In this document: positions 35,138 to 42,408 of the stretch, one piece after another
Position numbering within the stretch: the stretch's first letter is position 1
How the letters are laid out: each line of letters starts with the position of its first letter
Assembly: GCF_001194135.2 (NCBI RefSeq)
Contig: NC_068994.1
Location: 47,556,197 to 47,598,604, forward strand
DNA from: Octopus bimaculoides
Lineage: Eukaryota
Direction of reading: 5' to 3'
Length of the DNA stretch: 42,408 bases
Notes under the pieces: model-generated
Databases searched by the model: none
The model's input: the letters and a program-made list of their open reading frames with translations, nothing else
What the model was told of the DNA's origin: nothing
Position numbers and translations under genes: made by a program

Positions 35138-36118
35138 TTTCTTCTTCTTCTTCTTCTTCTTCTTCTTCTTCTTCTTCTTCTTCTTCTTCTTCTTCTTCTT
35201 CTTCTTCTTCTTCTTCGTCCTTATCCCTTTCCATTTTCTTCTCCTTTTTCTTCTTCTTCTTCTTCTTCTTCTTCTTCTTCTTCTTCTTCTTCTTTATCCC
35301 TTTCCATTTTCTTCTCCTTTTTCTTCTTCTTCTTCTTCTTCTTCTTCTTCATCCCTTTCCATTTTTTTCTCCTTTTTCTTTTCTNNNNNNNNNNNNNNNN
35401 NNNNNNNNNNNNNNNNNNNNNNNNNNNNNNNNNNNNNNNNNNNNNNNNNNNNNTTCTTCTTCTTCTTCTTCTTCTTCTTCTTCTTCTTCTTCTTCTTCTT
35501 CTTCTTCGTCCTTATCCCTTTCCATTTTCTTCTCCTTTTTCTTCTTCTTCTTCTTCTTCTTCTTCTTCATCCCTTTCCATTTTTTTCTCCTTTTTCTTTT
35601 CTACCTCCTCTTTTCTTCTTCTTCTTCTTTATCCCTTTCCATTTTCTTCTCCTTTTTCTTTTCCGCCTCCTCTCTTTCTTCTTCTTCTTCTTCTTCTTCT
35701 TCTTTATTCCTTTCCATTTTCTTCTTCTTCTTCTTCTTCTTCTTCTTTATCCCTTTCCATTTTCTTCTCCTTTTTCTTCTTCTTCTTCTTCTTCATCCCT
35801 TTCCATTTTCTTCTCCTTTTTCTTTTCTACCTCCTCTTTTCTTCTTCTTCTTCTTTATCCCTTTCCATTTTCTTCTCCTTTTTCTTTTCCGCCTCCTCTC
35901 TTTCTTCTTCTTCTTCTTCTTCTTCTTCTTCTTCTTCTTCTTCTTCTTCTTCTTCTTCTTTATCCCTTTCTGTTTTCTTCTCCTTTTTCTTTTTCGCCTC
36001 CTCTCTTTCCTCTTCCCCTTCTTCTTCTTCTTCTTCTTCTTCTTCTTCTTCTTCTTCTTCTTCTTCTTCTTCTTCTTCTTCTTCTCCTTCTCCTCCTCCT
36101 CCTCCTTCTTCTTCTACT
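35138..36118. repeat. About 1-kb polypyrimidine compound minisatellite: (TTC)n tracts separated by a tatccctttccattttcttctcctttttc unit
   Basis: About 11 copies of the unit with variable TTC tracts, and a higher-order duplication (35566-35700 vs 35792-35960). Confidence 0.9.
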
Positions 36119-36320
36119 TTTCCCCTCCTCTAATGACCTGTATGCTTAAAACTTTCCATCCATCCAATAAATATCCCTTTATTTTAGACGTACCATGTAT
36201 TCAAGCTATGTTATCACGTTATTATTCACAATCTGTTTGAAATAGTAAGCTCTGATGTGAGAAGAAGCTTGCTTCTAATTTTAATTGCTGGACACACATA
36301 AGAAAGAAGAAAGCAAAGTA

Positions 36321-36360
36321 CCACTGATGAGGTCACAGAAGTGTGACGAAAGAACTCTGG
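36321..36360 (+). ncRNA. Minimal type I hammerhead ribozyme motif
   Basis: CCA CUGAUGA G GUCACA gaag UGUGAC GAAAG aa CUC UGG. Core intact; perfect 6-bp stem II, 3-bp stem I, 2-bp stem III. Predicted cut after 36357. Confidence 0.65.
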
Positions 36361-36520
36361 CCAAAATAGGATTAATGTAATGTAATGTAATATAAAGCTG
36401 AAGCAAATTAACACCAAATATACAGTGCATGTGTTTTTATTGGCTAAACTGGCAATATGACCATCCCCAAGTACAACAACATCTGTTTCAACACACGATT
36501 TCACATCAAAAATCTTGCAA

Positions 36521-36551
<31 letters not shown>

Positions 36552-36779
36552 TGTAATATTTGGAAAGAGTATTTTGTCAGTAAATGAGTTTCATGCACAG
36601 ATTTCATTTACATTAGACTGTGTACCAGTCATCTCCATTGGTCAATCCATTTTGGTTACTGTCTTTTAGTGTGATTAAAGTAGTAGTTCACTACTATCCC
36701 ACTGATTATGCGCATTTGTTGTTGTTGCTTATGCACACACAATATCCCTGGCACACAGCCAGTATTAAATCATCATCAT

Positions 36780-37430
36780 CAGATTTTTACCCTGCCTGCA
36801 ACGAAGATCAATTTTTCAACATAAATCTATTTTAATGTTTACACCAGGATACAATCTCGTTTCTCTTATTGAGTCGGTATACTTGTTACATAATGATTTT
36901 CTATTTTCTGTTGGTGCAGAATGGACATACCCCAGAGTTATTTGCATAGAAGTGGTGCTATCTGTATACAATAAGCCTAGATTATATTTATAATTATACT
37001 TTGCTTTTCAGGTTCCAGATATGTTGCAAAAATAACATTACATTCCTTCTTTGTATACTGTAGAAAGACTACATATACTCTCTATACCTAGCTTTAAATA
37101 TTCCACTTTTTGCTTCAATATAGTTTTTATCAGTGCATTCTTCTTGCACTACCATTATCTTATTAACTCTTTTTTTAAAAGCAATTATCATTTAATGAGC
37201 TTGTGCTTAATCTGTTACAGCTATATCTATTTTTTTACTGATGACAGTTATAAGTTTTTGGTCCCATGTTCATCACTAACTAACTTTTATATTATTCATG
37301 TTAGAGGGCTTATGGTACCTAGAGTTGTCGGAAAATGCTTAATGATTAACATTACAAAAACTTTTGTTACATTTGCTATTACATTTAGCCTAAAATATGG
37401 ATTGAATGAATCAGGTGGGCTTCTTTTATG
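36780..37430 (-). mobile_element. Fossil Penelope-like element: linker + GIY-YIG endonuclease C-terminal region
   Basis: Degenerate colinear motifs FNPYFRLNVIANVTKVFVMLIIKHFP, NMNNIKVS, CNR..SLNDNCF, KNYIEAKSGIFKARY, QHIWNLK, CPFCTNRK and RCRQ. They match the PLE pattern WFNPPF..NV.TN.GK.FL.LI.KHFP / NRNNVKVSYSC / CNC..CPL.G.CL / YIG..FK.RY / HIW.LK / C.LC..EK / KCRH. Many stops and frameshifts. Confidence 0.8.
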
Positions 37431-38791
37431 GTGCTGTTGGATTTTGATCCATTTGCTTAACACTATTCATAAATTCTGTTTCTTAAAGTGGGGGGTTTTT
37501 TTTTGTTTTTTTTTCAGAATTTCATTATAGATCAGTACAACTTGAGCACATATTTCAACTATAACTATTATACCAATTCACTTACCTAAATTGGTGACTA
37601 TTTTGGGATGGTTAGAATGCCCCTTTATAAACAGTTGCACTTCATTAGAGTTTCTACTAGGTAATGTTTTCTTGCAGTTGCAGGCAGAGTGAAAATTTGA
37701 TCTGAAGATGATAAATTGGTGACACTGTGCAGGATGGCAGCATGAGAGTAATAACTAACAACAACTACAACAACACACATACATGCAAACACATATACAC
37801 AAATACATCCAATAGCCTTTTGCACAAGAGACCTTTGTCAAAGACGCCTAAAGTGCCACCCATTAGGGTTCACCTCAGAACCATTTGATTGTCCTGAAAA
37901 CTACATGGCTGGGCTGCTAGCCAAACTCAACACTGCAAGACTAAAAAGAGAGGGAAAAGATAATGGACTAAGCAGGAGAAAAATAGAATAAAAATGTATG
38001 GGGAGAGGGATAGAGTAACAACGTAACACCAAAGTACATATGACAACCAATCCCCTCTCTTGGGGTATACAATCTGGCTAGATTATAACACCCCTCCCAA
38101 ACATCTGTTTGACTTCTACTGTGTCTGCTATTACTCCTCCGCCTAGTTTAAGATTTACATCTGATATCTACCCAGAATAATAAACAGTAGAGGAAACAAG
38201 AGAGTGGAGGTGCAGGGCTGGGTCTTTGAACAAAATGACTCTCTTGTCTTTGAAAGTTTACAGAATTTCTGCTCATGTTAGAACATTTAAGTATGTTCAG
38301 ATATTTAAGTATCTATTTAGATATTAGGTAGATCATTGTATGCATATGTGTGTGTGTGTATTATATATGCATGCATGTATGTTTGTGTGTATATTCATAT
38401 GTATGTATGTATATTTGTGTCTATATCAAAAGATGGCTAGCAGAATCAGTGGAGCATCAAACAAATATTCTGAGGTATACAGTTATGTCCCTTTGCATTC
38501 CAAGTTCAAATCTTATCTAGGTTCACTTCGCATTTTCATCTTCTAAGATCAATAAAATATGTAGCAAAGAATACACTGGAGTTGATATAATCAATCAAAC
38601 TTTTGTCAGAAGTGCCCCAGCATGGCCATAGGCCAATGGCTGAAACCAGTAAGAAGAATGAGTGTATGTGTTTGCGTGTGTATGTGTGTGTAAAAAAAAC
38701 TATTTGCAATATGTAAAATACATCAATATTTTATAAATATGTATATTTGCCAGCAGCATTTGACACATTAGCTATTGCTGCACTTAAATGT

Positions 38792-38829
<38 letters not shown>

Positions 38830-38914
38830 AAAGCTTCCTTACATTACAGGAGACTTAATACATACACACACACACAAATATATATGTATATTATTGATCT
38901 CAGAAGATAGAAAA

Positions 38915-39065
38915 GCAAGAAGTTCACTTCCCATCCATATGGTTTCAGGTTCAATCCTACTGCATAGCACCTTGGGCAAGTGTCTTCTACTATTCTATTT
39001 TAATTCCAGGTCAACCAAAGCCTTGTGAGTGGATTTGGTAAGCAGAAACTGGAAGAAACTCATCA
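38915..39065 (+). mobile_element. SINE family A, 5' half
   Basis: caagaagttcacttcccatccatatggtttcaggttcaatcc...caccttgggcaagtgtcttctactat...caaagccttgtgagtggatttggta. Confidence 0.85.
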
Positions 39066-39849
39066 TCTATCAACCTATCTATCTATCTGTCTGTCTATCC
39101 ATATGTCTATCTATCAATATACATATACTGTGGTTGTGTGCGTGTATGTTTTATATATGTATATTTGTGTGTGTTTTTATATACGCATATGCATGTGTGT
39201 TTTTTTATATGTATATGTGTATATGTATATACATACATTCATACATACATACATACATACATGCATACATATATTTATATATATACACACACACATGCAT
39301 AAACATTCTCTTATATGTCTAACACTACATACACTTAGAGGACACTGAACAGGCCAGTTTGTTTTTGTTTGAAGCAGTGAATTGAGTAGGTGTTACTCTT
39401 GAGAGAGGCTAGGAGATAGATATAGAAGAAAAGAAAGTCTGATTATAACTAGAGAGAGAGAGGGAGATGCTGGGATGGGGTTAGAAGTAAGAGGATGAAG
39501 TAGATGGGAAAGAAATAAAATGATAAAATGTGATTCAGTCTTTTAAGTGTCAACAAAGTAGGGTGTGGTTTAGATATATAAAGGGTAGGGTTACATTTGA
39601 CACCAAATTGAAGGTTCCGGTTTCAGAACTTCACGAAGAATCTATAAAATATTATTGGCTCCATTGAAGGTGGTGGTGGTGGTGGTGGTGGCTTTTGTCA
39701 TCAATGTCGTCGTCATCATCATCATCAACATCTAAATTTTTCTTCAACATTTTCATTGTTACCATCATCATCATCATCATCATCACCATCATCCTCCTCT
39801 TCATCATCATCATCATCTATATTGTTGTAATCATCTACATTGAGCGATG

Positions 39850-40790
39850 GGAGAAATATCACCCCTGCATAGGACGCTAGTCTAAAGCAGACTAATACTC
39901 CCAGAAAAGCCCATCGTCAATCTTCCTGATGCATTTTGATCCTCGATCTTTTGTCATCGCTTGAATATATGATTGTTTGTACTCTGGCATTCAGGCACAC
40001 AAACATTAAGCAGCTGCTGGAGCATACTTGCTTCCTTTCTCTCTAACCTTTGTAATTCTTCTGTATTTAAAGCCCACATTTCACTACCATGCAGTACAAC
40101 AGTTATAACACAAACATCATACAACCTATCCTTCACTTGGAAGGAAAAGATCTTCATTGCTACCAGAAGTAATATCCAACCCATTTTTACCCTGGATATT
40201 CCTCTTTCTGAATAACCAGAGTAAAGACCTCCTTTGGTCATGAATGACCATGGGATTGCACCTAGAAAGTTACCCTTTGAGGCACAAGTCTGGGCAAGGT
40301 TGTTTATGGAAGACCAGCAATCTCCCATTCATACCAGTCTCCCCTCTCCACGCCACTGATGTTATCCAAGGGAAAGGCAAAAGCTGATACAGTGACATTG
40401 CAACTCATTTCTACAGCTGATTGAACTGAAGCAATGTGAAGTAAAGTGTCTTGCTCAAGAGCGCAACAAACAGCTTGGTCTGGGAATCAAGCTCACTACC
40501 TAGAGATTGTGAGCCCAACGCTCTAACCACTAAGCTTAGTGCTTTCCAACTCCTCTGTTAATTATTTTACATAGGCAAGTTGACTACTTCTAGTGAGATA
40601 TCTGGGCATTTAAAAAAGTCTGTTTTCCCTGTGCTTTTAGTGTATATTGCTCCAGTGTGTTTACCAAATATGAAGTTTGTTGTCTCTGTTAGTCTGACTG
40701 TGATTCCACTACATCTTTTGGGTGTCCATAGCTTATACTGGGTACAGCAAATGGAGTTGGTCCCTACTCCTTATCAAGGATGGCCATTCC
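39850..40790 (-). mobile_element. RTE-clade LINE fragment with Cys/His finger-like insert, split by a family C SINE
   Basis: GVGTNSICCTQYKLWTPKRCSGITVRL..SLEVV (about 40790-40575), then after the SINE GYSERGISRVKMGW..VKDRLYDVCVITVVLHGSEMWALNTEELQRLERKEASML. This matches the RTE pattern GVGSNSI.C..C..WVHKRCSG..LEVV..GCSE..ARIR.GW..KGRLY.ACV...LYGSETW. Confidence 0.8.
40221..40548 (-). mobile_element. SINE family C, near full length, nested in the RTE
   Basis: Head agcttagtggttagagcgttgggctcacaatc...; tail ...cccatggtcattcatgaccaaaggaggtctttactc. Confidence 0.85.
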
Positions 40791-41189
40791 TTTGATGATA
40801 TGAGGGTCCTGTCTTCTTTCCTACCATATATATATATATATATATACATATATGTGTGTGTGTGTGTGTATCTTTTCCCTAAAACTATATATATATATAT
40901 TTTATACCGTGAAACTTAATNNNNNNNNNNNNNNNNNNNNNNNNNNNNNNNNNNNNNNNNNNNNNNNNNNNNNNNNNNNNNNNNNNNNNNNNNNNNNNNN
41001 NNNNNNNNNNNNNNNNNNNNNNNNNNNNNNNNNNNNNNNNNNNNNNNNNNNNNNNNNNNNNNNNNNNNNNNNNNNNNNNNNNNNNNNNNNNNNNNNNNNN
41101 NNNNNNNNNNNNNNNNNNNNNNNNNNNNNNNNNNNNNNNNNNNNNNNNNNNNNNNNNNNNNNNNNNNNNNNAATATATATACATATATT

Positions 41190-41560
41190 AGTTTGTTAGT
41201 TCTCTCTGTACCAAGTGGCACATAAGGCCACAACACAATCTCTCCAATCAGCTGTTTTCTGTTATTGTTCTGAACTCATTCCAACCTCTCCACCAATCTT
41301 GTCTCCTTTCCTTATCAATGGTCCTTTGCCATGTGAATTTAGGGCACCCTGAAGTTCTTCTCCCCTCTGGCTGCCACTTTAGTGCCACCATAAAATCGTT
41401 TTCTTGATCCTATCCGAGGGTGTTTCCGATCCCGTTCCAGTGATTGCATCTTATTCCATCACTGATCCTGTTGATGCTTGTTGTCGTCTCAACTGTCTCA
41501 TTTTAGACTCTCTGCAACCACTTGATGTCAAGTGTTCTCCTTAGACACGTAAACTGGAGC
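41190..41560 (-). mobile_element. RTE-clade LINE 3' end, third subfamily
   Basis: CLRRTLDIKWLQRV*NE..HWNGIGNTL..VALKWQPEGRRTSGCPKFTWQRTIDKE..WNE..DWRDCVVALCA matches the RTE pattern CLRRIL.I.W..ISNE..WRWIGHTL..ALEWNP.GKR..GRPK.TWRR..WR..V.ALCA. Confidence 0.85.
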
Positions 41561-41588
41561 TGTCCATTGTTCATATATATATATATAG

Positions 41589-41594
<6 letters not shown>

Positions 41595-41619
<25 letters not shown>

Positions 41620-41628
41620 TACACACAT

Positions 41629-41696
<68 letters not shown>
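41595..41696. repeat. (CA)n microsatellite
   Basis: Directly visible. Confidence 0.95.
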
Positions 41697-41698
<2 letters not shown>

Positions 41699-41889
41699 AT
41701 GCATTCATTTATGTATGTATGTATTGTCATTACTGTTTGGAACTTCAACAGATTTGGGAATCTTTAAGTTTCATCTTTCACAAAGAAAATATAAAAATGA
41801 TGTCTCTAAGGTTAAGAAAACAATAGTATATATTAAAGTAAGCAAAATTGTATATATTAAAGTGAGTATGTATATATTAGATATGCATG

Positions 41890-42163
41890 GCTTCCCAACC
41901 ACATGGTTCAAGGTTCATTCCCACCATGTGGCATCTTGAGTAAGTGTCTTCTCCTATAGCCTTGGGCTGAACAAAGCTTTGTGAGTGGATTTGGCAGATG
42001 GAAACTGAAAGGAGCCTGTCATATACGTATGTATATATATGTGTACATGTTTGTGTGTGTGTCTTTGTGCCTGTGTTTGTCCCCCACCACCACTTGACAA
42101 CTGGAGTTGGTGTGTTTACATCCCTGTAACTTAGCGTTTCAACAAGAGAGACCAATAGAGTAA
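41890..42163 (+). mobile_element. SINE family A, truncated by the family D copy
   Basis: gcttcccaaccacatggttcaaggttcattccc...agtgtcttctcctatagcc...gtgagtggatttggcagatggaaactgaaag...cctgtaacttagcg...gagaccaatagagtaag. Confidence 0.85.
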
Positions 42164-42408
42164 GTCGTCGTCGTCGTCGTCGTTTAACGTCCGCTTTCCA
42201 TGCTAGCATGGGTTGGACGATTTGACTGAGGACTGGTGAAACCAGATGGCTACACCAGGCTCCAATTTGGCAGTGTTTCTACAGCTGGATGCCCTTCCTA
42301 ACGCTAACCACTCAGAGAGTGTAGTGGGTGCTTTTACGTGTCACCCACACGAAGGCCAGTCAGGCGGTACTGGCAACGGCCATGCTCATCTCGCTCGAGA
42401 AACCTCAT
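42164..42408 (-). mobile_element. SINE family D 3' portion with (GAC)n tail; runs off the window
   Basis: cgtttaacgtccgctttccatgctagcatgggttggacg...gtttctacagctggatgcccttcctaacgctaaccac; (GTC)n at 42164-42181. Confidence 0.85.

Noticed and set aside
36188-36243. 56-bp candidate exon (ttttag / gtaagc) after the polypyrimidine satellite
   Set aside because: Splice-like sites are common in such AT-rich DNA, the peptide is unrecognisable, and it adjoins a probable Penelope-related repeat.
36581-36617. Decayed hammerhead at the 3' end of the Penelope fossil (CTAATG...CATGAAACTC, minus strand)
   Set aside because: The core is mutated and the stems are not recoverable. Kept only as context, not called as a feature.
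34-42209. The many ORFs in the six-frame track (YIYI, CVCV, HTHT, poly-S, poly-F, ERER, X runs)
   Set aside because: They are translations of microsatellites or run through N gaps. Only those overlapping transposon relics (13636, 16100, 24734, 26109, 39954, 41503) carry real protein signal.
42220-42250. CTGAGGA..GAAAC inside SINE family D, and similar CTGATGA-CT-GAAAC at about 2865-2880 (minus)
   Set aside because: No room for stem II and no stem I pairing; chance matches.

Overview
AT-rich, gap-ridden animal genomic DNA, most likely an octopus or other coleoid cephalopod. That assignment is inference from the repeat families and the extreme microsatellite load. I find no credible host protein-coding exon: almost every ORF in the supplied track is a translated microsatellite or spans N gaps. 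The window is a mosaic of about five tRNA-type SINE families (my labels A-E), decayed retroelement fragments (three RTE LINEs, one R4/Dong-type RLE element sitting in a TAA microsatellite, one Penelope GIY-YIG element), Helitron relics, small DNA-transposon MITEs and simple repeats. The most interesting signal is a set of type I hammerhead ribozyme folds in unrelated sequence contexts (3734-3777 minus, 28389-28461 plus, 36321-36360 plus, plus degenerate candidates). One is part of a composite element with a tRNA-like Pol III head, a (TAA)n linker and a hammerhead tail, arranged as an inverted duplication: a candidate Penelope-mobilised, self-cleaving SINE. Other notable points are a Helitron derivative carrying telomere-like repeats, a hAT MITE inserted into a perfect 32-bp palindrome, and a sharp CpG-retention domain (about 6-21 kb) holding several repeat-free, motif-rich islands. 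All alignments, folds and counts were done by eye; the boundaries of decayed elements are approximate.
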